From contig OZ176053.1 in NCBI GenBank assembly GCA_964247055.1, forward strand, positions 5,952,001 to 6,016,000: DNA of 64,000 nt, in the 5' to 3' direction. Source of the stretch: Paragordius varius (Eukaryota; Animalia; Nematomorpha). The translations under genes and the position numbers were made by a program. The notes under the pieces were generated by a model, which searched no databases, was not told the origin of the DNA, and was given only the letters and a program-made list of their open reading frames with translations. Below, one piece after another: positions 1-12,275 of the stretch (its first letter is position 1; every line of letters starts with the position of its first letter).

Positions 1-308
1 TATGCATAAGTGTATTGAGAATTTCTCTGTTAACTGATAAATTAAAAGGGATAAATAAAATAATAATTGGAAAGATACAGTTAAAATTTTAATCAAAATC
101 GTGTATACTAAATCGATATACGAATTATAAAAATCAAATATTTGTATTTTATGATAAGTGCTAAAAGGCACGAAACAGTCTGCCATTATTATCCGCCAAG
201 ATCAAATATCATTCAAAATACTACTGCGCATAATCATCGCCTATTTTTACATCTTTGTATATGATTAAAAATAATTATAAAATGTATAGGTTATTTTACC
301 TATTATAG

Positions 309-1485
309 GGGATATAGGTGCCGTACGTGCATTGTATGAGCGTTTACTTCAACGTACATCTCACCTTAAAGTTTGGCTCAGTTATGCCGAATTTGAAAAG
401 GGACAACTCAAACTAGCTATAAGTCTATCCTCTAATTCCACCAATAATAATAATAATGAAAATCAGGATGGCGAGACCATATCTGAAACCAAATCGAAAT
501 TATTAGATATTGAAGGTGCTTATGCTCGCCCTCGTGAAATTTATCGGCGAGCAAATACTTTTTTTGCCCGTGAAATGACAAATAATCCAGATCTCATGGC
601 TCTTAAACAAGACCGATATGCATTGCTTCAAGCATGGAAGAGTTTTGAGGTATATACTATGTTATTTAGGGTCGGCCTATTTATTAATACATTTAAACAA
701 TTATGATAGTTACTTTTATATGATCTATTTGCCATTTTATATCATAATCAGTATCGAACTCAATTATATGCTCTGTTTGAGAAAATAAAGTAAAACGACA
801 GTGCCTAACTATATTTAATAAACATCCTCTCATTTTATCTTGTTTGATTTGAAAATTGGAGTTCGACCTCTAACAAAGCCTAATTTAATGACTTGAACGA
901 AATATTTTTATTTTTTCAGCATTGATAATTTGTATATTACGAATCGATTAGTAACCAGACAAATTATCATAACGGAACTATTATAAATGCATTGGAACAG
1001 CATAAGAATTTAGGGTTTAAAAAATGGCTGGGCCATTAAAAATCAAGACCACCCCCGGTATTGAGAGTTAGTTTTGACGGGTAATACATTCATAACCGTG
1101 ACTGTGACCACTCTTAAAACATACAAAAGAATTTATATACCAATTATCACGTAATATAATATTAATTAATGGTAAAAAATTTACTTACCCTTTATACTTA
1201 ATTATCCAAAAAACTAAATATATAAAAATAAAAACGTAGATGGAGTTTGGAGACAAAGCGAGTCAGGCCAAGATTGAAGAACTGATGCCTCAACGCGTCA
1301 AAAAACGCCGAAGAATCGATGAAGACGAAGAAGATATTGAAGCCCTGGGGGGCATTTCAGGCGCCGCCGCGGCTGTTGCACCCGCTTGGGAGGAATATTA
1401 TGATTATGTGTTTGATGCACAAACTAACCAACAACCAAACCTTAAACTGCTGGAATTGGCTAAGAAATGGAAAAAACAAATTTGA
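309..1485 (+). CDS. CRNKL1: Crooked neck-like pre-mRNA splicing factor (HAT repeats), last two coding exons; the 5' part lies upstream of the window
   Basis: Exons 309-649 and 1240-1485 (tatag| acceptor, GAG|gtatat donor, cgtag|ATG acceptor, phase 0). Translation ALYERLLQRTSHLKVWLSYAEFE...MPQRVKKRRRI...WEEYYDYVF...PNLKLLELAKKWKKQ matches the Crn/Clf1 C-terminus. Confidence 0.92.
828..1077. repeat. Dispersed repeat (family I), copy in the crooked neck intron
   Basis: Collinear and clearly similar to 3244-3493, e.g. gataatttgtatat..cgaatcgattagtaaccaga, aatttagggtttaaaaa(a)tggctgggccat, ggtattgagagt(t/a)agttttga. Confidence 0.8.
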
Positions 1486-2143
1486 TCAATTGATTGATTG
1501 AATTATACGAAAAAAATGTAACTGTGAATATTATATTATACGTATATATATCTTAATAAATATGTTAAAATTGAATGTGGTGGTTTATGGTATGTGTGAA
1601 AAGTTGTGTTTAAGATTATTAAGTTTATGGATTGTCCTTAAAAGTTTGTTATTTAGATACAGTTAAGGAAATCTAAAACATATATGACACGACATCAAGA
1701 GTTAACAATATTTCTCATCAATCTACTGCATTATACTTTGGTACTATATACTTATATGTAATACATATTTCAATGTTTTATTATTTCAATTTAAGTTCAA
1801 TAATCGGTTTTTTAGTATTGAAAAACAAAAAATCCTCTTTGAATATGTATGTTAACTCTTCTGCCTATGGTTAATTTTTTTTTGTTATCAAAGGAATTTT
1901 TACACAATATCTTTGTGTTTAATGGTAAAACGAGATGATAATTGAATTTATCAAAATATTAATATTTATAATACGTAAATTTTAATTATAATAATCCTTT
2001 ACCAGAATTACAATTAATAATAACTCAAATTTCCAAAATTACTCAACAGTTAAATAAAAATATAAAACCTACATAATATATATTATTCATCAATGGTAAA
2101 TTTATTATCATTACATATACAGGACTAAATAGTATTACATCAT

Positions 2144-5100
2144 TTATATTTTACAAAGCGTGGCATCAATTTGTTTAATAGATGGGCATTCCAACATAAT
2201 TTTACGGCGATAATTGACATCTTTTTCGATGGGATTCCCTTCCAAATACACAGTTTCGATTTCTTTAGCATTTTCTAGCTGCTTTATATCATTCCAATCC
2301 GTTATATTGTTTCCGCCACACCAAAACTCTTTGAGTTTTGTAAGATGTTCAATATTTTCGATACGATTGATTTGATTACAGCCCACATCAAGCGTTGTGA
2401 GATTCGTATTATGTTCCAAATTTTCAATCTAAATATAAACAATCGTAAAAAAGACAAGTGATTTTGATATATAATAATATAGAGTTTTTACTGAAATCAT
2501 TTAACCATGTAATAATGCAATGGCGGCATCTGCCGATCAAATATGTATCTGGCCATTCAAAAAATTTGTATACATATTATAAACGCCTTACATTCATAAA
2601 AAATATAAAGAATTAAACATATTTATTTTATGATTTTATATGAAAAAAAGCATAAGTCATCATTTTAAAATATCCATTTTTGCTGTCATAGTTGATATGA
2701 TTTTCGAATTTTTTTAAATTGAAATTTACCCTGATTTTTCAAATACACCATTTACAGTTCAAATTCACCCTTAAACAATTCAGCTTCACTCTTGAACAAT
2801 TTAAAATCACCCTAAAATAAATAAAGTGTTTAAGGAAAAAATGCTTATATTTTTTTATATTTTTAAAAAATAAATTTTGTTTAAAATTAAAATAATATTG
2901 AAATAATAATAAACTATGTCATTAAGATATATTTCATATTAATGATAATTTATATTAGCCCGAAAACACATAATTTATTTTTAGGGTGAATTCGAATTAT
3001 TTAAGGGTGAATTTGAATTGTAAATGATATATATGGTGTATAAGTTGAGGCAAATTTTTACTTTCCGCATACTCTTGTGAAAAAATAAATATTTTACTAA
3101 TACATTTAAAACTGAGCTCTGATGTTAGTTCACCAAATGTGATTTAGCCAATACAGGCGGTGGATGCAAAATAACCTTAACTTCACAAATTAGGTAACGC
3201 AAAATATAAAATTTATGTTATAAATACTAAATTTTATATTTTGCGTCCTTCTTTCCCAATTTATTTTGTTTAATTTAAAATTGGACTTCAACCTCTAAAG
3301 CTGACTTGAAGGAAATAATTTTATTTTTGCAGGATTGATAATTTGTATATCTCGAATCGATTAGTAACCAGAATACAAATTATCAAACGAAACTATTATA
3401 AATGTATGCATAACAGCATAAGAAATTTAGGGTTTAAAAATGGCTGGGCCATCAAAAAATAAGGCCAACCCTGGTATTGAGAGTAAGTTTTGAAGAATGG
3501 ATTATCCAAAGCATAATGTTGCTATATTCCGGCTCCAAAGCCCAAATCAAAATTTTCTATGGCCTATCTGAATCCATCAATATACACTCAGGGCTGCACC
3601 AAGGTTCTGTCTTGAGTCCCTTACTATTCATCATAATAATTGATGAGATTACAAAGAACATTCGCAGGGGCTTACCTTGGGAACTGCTCTTTGCAGATGA
3701 TCTGGTAATAATGGGTTCATTTGAAGACGATCTCATCTTATCTATTGACAAATGGAAAAATTGCTTGGAAAGTCATGGCCTCAAAATCAATCCGAGCAAA
3801 ACAAAACTAATGCACGAAATATAATTAAGCCCATTAGGTACCCATGTAGAATTTGCAGCCTAGCTGTAAAGGCAAATTCTATTTGTGTACTAAATGCAAT
3901 TTCTGGATACATAAAAAATGCTCAAACCTAAAATCACTTAGGGTTGATGCCTTTACTTGCCCAAGTTGCATCGACAACCTACCCATACCAGAACAAAATT
4001 TAAATTCAATCCCTAATACCTACAATTACGAAACTGTTACTCACTTTAAATATCTAAGTGACGAAATATCCGCAAAAGGAGGTATCAGTGATGGCCTCAA
4101 ACACAGATCATCTGAAGCATGGAAAAAATACCATGCACTAAAACACATAATAAATAATATTTACATAAAACTTGAAACAAAATCGCAACTTTATTCTACC
4201 ATTATCCGTCCCGCACTAACCTACGGCACGGAATGTTGGCCCATGACAAAGTCAAACCTTGGTAAATTCCAAAGATCAGAATCTAAAAAATACAATACTT
4301 TTTGTACATAATCCTAAACTCTTTAACTTTAATAATCAATTTGACCCTTATAAAATCCTTAATATCACTGCTCTTGACCGCTTTCTAAGAGCTAAAAGAC
4401 TGAGATGGGCTGGTCACATCCATCGTAGACCACCAGATAATTATATACATATAATGATGTCCTACTCCACACCTAGCTCAAAGCCTGGCAGACCCTTCAA
4501 AAGCTGGATCAGTACTATATATGATGATCTTACTGAGACCAAATTAAAAATAGAAGATGCGGAAAATAGAAACAATTGGAAAACAGCAATAAAAACTTAT
4601 CTCAAATCAGCTACCTTCAATTCTGAAGAACAACAGCTTTGATGATGATGTTATAAATACTAGTATAAATCAAACTTAATTAATTTATACATATATTAAT
4701 AAAATAAATTAGTTAAATGTAAAATAACTCGTGTGAGTTAATTATCCTGTTTATTACAATATTCGAAAAATAATTAATTTATTACTTACCTTTTCTATTT
4801 TGTTACAACTGATGTAAAATTCTTCCAAATTTTTAAGTTTATCTATCGCTTCAATTTTTGGAATTTGATTACTTTGTATGCTAAGAATGCGTAACTTTGT
4901 CAAATGATTAAGATTTTGAAGTTTATTAACTTTGTTTTTTCCCAAGTACAATTCAGTCAAATTTGTTAAATTATCAAGATTATTTATTGTTTTAATTTGA
5001 TTATCACCTAATTCCAACATTTCTAATTTCGTTAATTTATCCAAGTTCTCAATACATTTGATTTTGTTACAGATCAAATATAATTTTTTGAGATTTACCA

Positions 5101-5428
5101 AAGAATCTAAGTTTTCAATTTTCGGTATAAGATTAAATGATAAATCAAGAGATTGTAAATTTATTAATGAAGAAAGGTTCTCAATTTGTGTTATACGATT
5201 ATCATATAAATCCAGTTCAGTTAATGTTACTGAAAGACAATCTAGATTTTCGATTTGTTTAATGTGATTATCTCTCAGGCAAAGGAATGTTACTTTTTCT
5301 AACCCTTCAAGGTTTTCAATTTTCCCGATTCTGCAATGATTTAAATCAACTTCCGTTGCTTCTGGATCTAAAACAATCTCCTGAACATCTTCTTTGGCCG
5401 ATTCATCGATTTTATCTTCATGCGTCAT
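2144..5428 (-). CDS. PPP1R7: Protein phosphatase 1 regulatory subunit sds22 (leucine-rich repeats), 2 exons, 307 aa
   Basis: Exons 5428-4790 (AAG|gtaagt) and 2428-2144 (tttag|ATT), phase 0, 2,361-nt intron. Contains EVDLNHCRIGKIENLE, tandem SDS22-type LxxLxLxxNxIxxIENL repeats, and the LRR cap LETVYLEGNPIEKDVNYRRKIMLECPSIKQIDAT. Confidence 0.94.
2744..3031. mobile_element. MITE family A (TIR beginning TAT/CACCATTTACA), copy 1
   Basis: About 40-bp imperfect TIRs (ccatttacagttcaaattcacccttaaacaattc / gaattatttaagggtgaatttgaattgtaaatg) with internal tttagggtgaatt sub-repeats; other copies at 7004 and 52391. Confidence 0.8.
3244..3493. repeat. Dispersed repeat (family I), copy truncated at the LINE junction
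   Basis: Similar to 828-1077; the similarity stops exactly where the RT-coding sequence starts (agttttga|agaatgg). Confidence 0.8.
3494..4650 (+). mobile_element. 5'-truncated, frameshifted RTE-clade non-LTR retrotransposon in the sds22 intron (antisense to the gene)
   Basis: ORF pieces 3477-3824 (GLHQGSVLSPLLF, LLFADDLV, GLKINPSKTKLM), 3853-4311 (FKYL, IIRPALTYGTECW) and 4259-4642 (RLRWAGHIHR, NRNNWK); short (GAT)n tail at 4641-4650. Confidence 0.88.
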
Positions 5429-5472
5429 TTAAACCTTCACCTTTCAAATTAATTTTGGAGACAGATTATTAA

Positions 5473-5685
5473 ATGAATGATAAATATACACCTGGATATG
5501 CCGCAAAGTGGTTTCGCACATTGATAAACCTCAATGAGGAGTTAACTAATGAGATTAATGAGTTTTTAACAACTGTACAAGATCCTGAAGAAAAATACAA
5601 ACAGTTTATCGATAAATATCGTGAATTAATCCCAGCCCCTAAAGATAATGCCAAATACATGGAAATAATAAAAAAAGTACATTAA
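5473..5685 (+). CDS. Candidate orphan 70-aa ORF divergent from sds22; function unknown
   Basis: ATG-initiated ORF with protein-like charged, helical composition (K/E rich), unlike the I/F/N-rich spurious ORFs nearby. No family recognised. Confidence 0.3.
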   Translation: MNDKYTPGYAAKWFRTLINLNEELTNEINEFLTTVQDPEEKYKQFIDKYRELIPAPKDNAKYMEIIKKVH

Positions 5686-7003
5686 TGATAATTTTTAAGT
5701 TAAACAAGAATATATAAATACAAAAATAAACGTATTTTATTTCTGATGTACCCTATTCTTTTGTTATCTAATCCTTAAGTCGCTTTTCTAATCGTTGTAT
5801 ATTTTACACTAAATTTTCCGATTTAGCAAAAAGCGCGGTTTAATAGAAGCTTTAATTTATTTTATATATACGGCTATATTGATAATAACAGATTTGTAAG
5901 TACCTTGTATTTTAGACCGTAAATAAACACCATTTATCATATTTTATAAGCAAGATTTTCTCTTTGCTTAATATCTTTTAAAAAATTTGGTCAGTTGCAC
6001 ATAAAAGCGTGAAAAGAAATTAAAGGGCTGCAAATATATTTATATTTTCTCAAAGGCCATGCACCATACGATACCTATAAAATTTTCATAGCTGTTTGAC
6101 ACATTGCAGTTATACTCAAAATAAAAAATTAATAAATTATCAGTAAAATAAAAAGCACTTTAAGGGCAGCATGAGATCCGCCTACCCCGGTTTGTGTATC
6201 ACTGACTTAAAAATTATTAACACCTAACATTTAGTTGTTAAATATTAAGATTTAATCGAATTTTGTACTTCTCTTATTATTGAAAAAAAATTCATTACCA
6301 AACGGGTAATTTATTTTGATAAAAATATTAAAATAGAAGTATAATTGAAAATTTCGGAAAAAAATTAGAAATTTGTGATTTTTTTATTGATTTTTTTAAA
6401 TTAATTTGACACAGTAGTACTCACCAAAAAATTTTGACGAGTCAAATAAAATATTTTGTATCAACATATTTTGTTAAATATGCCGCTATAAGACATTACT
6501 ATATGGATATTCAGCACATTTATATTAAACATTTATTTGTCACATCTTGCCAAAACTCAACATCCCTTATCTTAGTGATTTCCTTAATTCTTCTAAATTT
6601 GAATCATTATCATCCAAAAAAGTCGGAAATTTTCTCATAAAATTTCTAAAATTGAGAAATTACCAAATCAAACGGAAGTTTAAATATTGAACAAAAAATA
6701 ATTTTATTTAAAATTTTGGAATATCCAATCTATTAATAATTCTGAGGAGCGTTTTTAAGACCGCATTCGGCCCGTGGGCCCCGGTTTGGGCATTACTCAT
6801 TTAACGCATAAAAGTCAATATTTTATTTGTATTTATTTATTATTCCAAAAGGCAAATTATACCAATGCAGTCAAAAGTCTCAAAAATTATATTTATATAA
6901 CCATTTTTTACATTATTCATTTAACATTACAGCTAGGATTTAAATAATCAGCAAATCAGGAGCTTATGATTATATCTACATATATAAATGTGAAACAAAG
7001 TAA

Positions 7004-7258
7004 TATACCATTTACAATTCACATTCACCCTTGAACTATTCAAATTCACCTTCGAACAATTCAAATTTACCCCAAATATAAATTATGTGTTTTCGGGCCA
7101 TAATAACTCATTATTAATATGAAATATATCTTTATGGCATAGTTTATTATTTTTTCCGTATTATTTAAATTAAATACAAAATCATTTTTTTAAAAATAAA
7201 AAAATATAAGTAATATTTAATCTTAAAAAACACCTAATTTATTTTAGGGTGAATTTAA
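7004..7258. mobile_element. MITE family A, copy 2 (opposite orientation, right TIR truncated)
   Basis: Starts tataccatttacaattc; contains gtgttttcgggc (reverse complement of gcccgaaaacac in copy 1) and ends tttagggtgaattt. Confidence 0.72.
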
Positions 7259-9189
7259 AGTGTATTATTAGCTCTTTAAAATAACTGGGTAACTCCCACT
7301 CTCTGTAAAAGTAACGTTAAAAAAAAGGAACGCGTCTTCTCCCCTAGCGTTCTTTCTTATGGGAAGAAAACTAAAGGCTGTGAAATACGTCCATTGTGTT
7401 GAATTGGAGTTAAATTAGCAAATAAAATAATTTGGATTGATCAGATATAGGCGTTTATTTGTCAGGTGCTTAATATATTAACGATGCATAAAAATGAGTT
7501 TCGAGCCGTATGCAGGGACAGGCGGCAATGTGCTTAACTAATATAATCTAAATTTAATTATATTGAAAAATGATTAATTATAAAAAAATTTGGGTGCGAT
7601 ATTATTAAAAAAATTTTCCGCGCCATAAAAGGGGGCCGATATTTCATTGTATTAAACTCTGAAGATAGGCTTCGAAATTCTAGAAAAAATAGGGTAAAAC
7701 TCGTTTAAAGAGAAATATATAAAAAATCGAAATGCGCCATTTATTCTTAATGTTATATGTTTTTAATATTACAAAAAATTATTTATTTTTGGAAAAGCGC
7801 CAATAAATTATGACAAGTTGAATTGTAAGGGTCTAAAATGATTTAATATGCAAAATATATTCCAAATTTGTTAAATATCTTAAATTTACAAAAAAATTCA
7901 ATTAAGGTGTCCCTACAAATTATGTGGTATTTTAAAATATCATAGCGTTACCTTTTAAACTCTAAATGTAATATTAATTAATTGCTAAAAATCTTCACTT
8001 GTATTCTCAAGATAATTTTGCCCGATGCTTTTTTCCGATATTTTAGAGCAAAACAACAGCTGTCGACATTTTTTTTCATAAATATTATTAGGTACAAGAT
8101 TAAATTTTCAGATATAACAACTTAATTTTAAATAGTATAATAATATATTTGAATTTATATAATGCGTCCAATTTAACCTATGAAAATATTTAAATAATTT
8201 ATATAATTTTAAAGGTTGTTGGTCCCAGTTAAAGATTAAAACTTTTGCAATTATATGAATTAACATTATGGTGGGTGTTTTTTAATCTAAGGGATAGGGT
8301 TTGGTATTAGACCGATTAAATTGATCATCTGCTTGATTCTTATGAATGCGGTCATTAATTGAGCATTCATAACTACAAACGTAAAATACATTTACTTAAC
8401 CAAATGATAAAAAGTTAACCGTTAAAATTGGTTTTAATATATCTATATTATTATCGATTCCTGTACACAATTTCATAAAGTGTTTGACTGGTTATTTTTA
8501 TTAAACGGTTAAAGTCACGGTCATTAAGGTATTCACGAGTCAGAACCATCCACCCTAATAAGGAATCAGTTTCTTTGCTACCAGTCAATTATTTTGAATA
8601 GATTTTAACCTTTATGCGAAGGCTGTTTGATAAATAAATTATATCAGGGTGCTCACATCTAAATATAGGATTTATATATAGGTTTACAGAAGTCTTTGAC
8701 GCATTTTTTAAATATTTAGTTTAAAGAGAAATTCGAGTTAGAGGTGTAAATTGCTTTATGCAAATATTTAAATTAACAGGGACTGAAACCATAACTGGAA
8801 GGGTTTGTGAACACCTTTTCCAGCAGTTGTTTAAACCGCTTCATTGTATCCGAATCTAAATTTTTATAAATAGCTTTGGGAATTAACACCTAAAAAGTAA
8901 TTTTTTCTGTAAATTTTGGGATTTTAAATAAGAAAAGATTTTAGGGGTTTAGCATAACATTATAATAGATTATTTTTTTTATAAATTGTTCAAAATATGA
9001 ATAATTAATTATTAACAGGAACTATTTTTTCATAATCAATCAATATCAATAAGGCTTAAATCTTTTAAAGCATAATTGGAACCAGTTTTGATAAATATCA
9101 TGTTGATAGGACAATAATAAAAATAGTTATGGACCATAGGCTTTAATTACAAAGTTATTTATATTTTTGGATAATTTAAGAACATATAA

Positions 9190-12100
9190 TCCATATATTT
9201 ATAAAAATGGAAAATGCTGGCTTTGTGACCTGTTTCCGGAAAACCGGTGACCCATTCAAATCCAAATGTTGAAAAAATATAATCATTAAATTTTTGAAAT
9301 AGGCCCCAGTTCGGGCCCACTCCGTCTGAAAAACGGTTTTTTAAGTCCACAAAAATCGTGTCTTTGAGACATTTTTCCAGATAAAATGTTAGACCGATTT
9401 CAAATATAATTCTTTTTACTTATTTTCGATTGCGCCGAATATAGTAGGCTCGATTTTTTTATTTAGGCCCTCTTTTTACCCGCTCCCCCGTTAAATGCCA
9501 TTTTTTTTCAAAAAAACAGTCTAGTAAATTAACTTGTTGAAGCTATTTTTCGCCCAAGGTATGAGACCGTAAAAATTCAGAGAATTCTAGCCTGTTAAAA
9601 GGCAAAAACTTTAGTCGTAATATTGGCTGCTGGGTAAACAGGTACCCGCTAAAACTGCCCCGTCATATCGAAATAGCGTGCCTTTGGGGCTAAATTTCAG
9701 AAACCTATCAGGTCATATGAGTTCAATAGGTGCTTAAAATATTACCCATAACCAGAATTTAGGTATCGCGGTTTTATAAAATTAGCCGTTCGCCCTGATA
9801 AATGCGCCACCATAGATTGATTTTTCAGTTTTGAGTCAATTTTTCCAAAAACTAATGGGAGATATGAATCAATCATAATTCGAAGTAATCTCCGTAAAAA
9901 GGCAAAAATTTAATCAAGCGCTTTTTGTGTCAGCCTCTGTGTAGGGAGCTACCCGAAAACTGCGCCACCATATCGAAATTGCGTTGCATAGTTTATTTTG
10001 AGAAAACTTATCAGGCCATATGAGTTTAATAACGGCCTGAAATAGTGCCCGTAAAATGGCAAAAACTTAAGTCGAGCTTTTTAAAATTAGCCGCTGATTA
10101 GGCCCTTTACGCCTTAAAAATTACGCTATCATTGAACTATTATTTAGTTTTGAAGCCATTCTTCCAAAAACTATTAAGAACATATGGATCAAATGATGAT
10201 TCCAGGTATTCCCCTATAAAGGCAAAAACTTTTATCGAAAGTCTTTTTTATATTGGCTTCTGGGTAGGGGGCTACCCGCCAACAACTTTGCCACCTTATC
10301 GATACAGAGTGACTTTGGAGGCAAATTTTACAATAGTTATCAGGCCATACGAGTTTAATAGGGGCTTGAAATATTACCCGTAAAAAGGCAAAAATTTAAG
10401 CAGAGTGGTTTTCTTAAATTACCGCTTTAGGTTTTTTCCCTAAAAAATGCGCCACCATAGAATGACTTTTTGGTTTTGAGGCAATTTTTCGAAAATCCCA
10501 GGAGAGCATATGGAACCAATCCTGATTCCAGATATTACCCGAATTAAGGCAAAAATTTAATCGAGAGTTTTTTTGTTTCGCCCCTGGTTAGGGGGCTATT
10601 CGCGTAAAACTGCATTACCATATCGATACAGCATGCCTTAGGAGCCGAATTTCAGAAAACCTATGAGACTATGTAAGTTAATAATAGCCTAAAATATCAC
10701 TAGTCGACAAATTTGGACATTTTTAAGCACCACCACTCAAACTTTTTAAATTATGACTAATTTTAGTCTTTTAAAACCGAATTTGAAAAAAAATTTGATC
10801 CCGCCAATCAGAATTTTGAAATTTTATAGGTTTTTTAATTTTTCAAAAACAAGAGAAAATCGAGAGAAAATTAAATATAACTTTATAATAAAATGTTGTT
10901 ATATTATAAACTTAATATCATTTAATAAAGCGTTTTAAACTCTATCTTTTGAATATAAATATGTCATTGAAATATCAGAGAGAAAAAAATAGTAGGGACT
11001 TAAACGTCAAAATTTAGTCTTTTTTTTCAAGTGAATTTTTAACACATATAAATTTTTTTTTAAAAAATACTAAAAAAGGCATTCTATGGTTTAAACCTTC
11101 GGTTTTCAGATAGGCTATATTTTTTTGTTAGATTTCGTTCTTTCGAGTACTTATTAGACTTTTTCTCTTGAGTTGGTTCTTATAAAAAATCCTTTATTTA
11201 TACCTAGTGGATATACCTTATTTTTTTAAGATTATTGGTTGTTTTGTATTTTGAATTTCAGATGGATGTTGTGTAGCCACTTTTAGTAGAATTTACTGTT
11301 ATGGGGTTGGACCATTTGTATTTACCTAATTTATTTTCAATTTAATTGTAGAATTTATCTAACTTTATTTTGTAAACTGGTTAATTTGACATGTCAATTT
11401 GCCACGATTTTGCTTGCAAGTCTCTCTTTTCGGATTACGATTACTTATTGTTATCTTTGCCATATCTGGCATAGTTATAGGATCGCTTGGGGGATATGCA
11501 GAGCTTGTGCAGCCGCCCATATCTATCACACTATACATAAGCCCCTTTTATTAATACTTTGGCTCTTAGCTTGTTTAGTATCTTATTTAATGCCTAGAAT
11601 TTGTTATCCATGCATGGAATATTATTTGTATCGACTTGCTTGTATGAATATTTAAACATATGTTCGCGAGGAATGACTGTTATTTTTGAATTAAATACAA
11701 ATTTAAAAATTAAATTTTGGAAAAATCCTATTGGTGGCCTCAATTTTCTTTTTTGTTTTGGCCTTTCCATGCCATTAGGTATCAGTAAATGCAAAAATAA
11801 TGGGGTGGTGCAAAACCTTGTTGAACAGTGTATTTAATACTCTTTGAAAAACGAATATTTTAGTATAGGGAATTAGATTAATGAGTCGCTAAGTAAAGTT
11901 TTAAGCCCTGAAAAATGTCCCGCTATTGAACAATTTTTTTAGTTTTGAAGCAATATTTCCAAGAACTTATAGGAACATGAATCCATAATAATTTCAGATA
12001 TTCTCCATATAAAGGCAAAAATTTTGCGCAACGCTTTTTTATACCTGCCCCTGGGTAAGGAGTTACCACCCAAAAACAGCGCCAATATATAATTGCGTTG

Positions 12101-12275
12101 TTTTTGAGCTAATTTACAGAATATTTATGAAGCCATGTGAGCTCATTAAAAGCTTGAAATATTACCCGTAACTAGGTAAAAATTAAGGTCAGGCGTTTTT
12201 TTAATAGCTGTTAATTTGTAGCCTTTATACCCTAAAATCCGCTCAACATATGTTTTTGAGGCTATTTTTCGCCAA
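9190..12275 (+). mobile_element. Non-autonomous Helitron (family C), 5' end intact, internal about 150-bp tandem array, interrupted by a CACTA-like element; 3' end not found
   Basis: Begins A|TCCATATATTTATAAAAATGGAAAATGCTGGCTTTGTG, the same 5' terminus as copies at 14483, 20696 and 22709. aaggcaaaaa-type motifs recur at about 9598, 9898, 10055, 10219, 10384 and 10547 and resume after 11833. The right boundary is approximate. Confidence 0.7.
10698..11830. mobile_element. Non-autonomous CMC-superfamily (CACTA/Chapaev-like) DNA transposon, copy 1, 1,133 bp
   Basis: Termini CACTAGTCGACAAA... and ...TTGTTGAACAGTG (imperfect TIR); 3-bp TSD TAT (10695-10697 and 11831-11833); near-identical inverted copy at 16949-18081; no transposase ORF. 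Confidence 0.87.

Noticed and set aside
6160-6800. hAT-like terminal motifs (ccggtttgtgtatcactg; ggcccgtgggccccggtttgggcattactc), also at about 33170-33430
   Set aside because: Single degenerate ends without a matching TIR or TSD; probably old MITE debris.
8200-8890. GC-richer, coding-like minus-strand stretch (VLIPKAIYKNLDSDTMKRFKQLLEK; WMVLTREYLNDRDFNRLIKITSQTLYEIV) with several 23-32 nt GT-AG candidates
   Set aside because: I could not join the pieces into a stop-free frame with either normal or tiny introns. It may be a decayed transposase remnant, but the resemblance is too weak to call without tBLASTn.
11386-11837. ORFs inside the CACTA-like element (and their mirror copies at 16900-17185) as genes or transposase
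   Set aside because: Short, with stop or frameshift differences between the two copies and no DDE or other recognisable motif.
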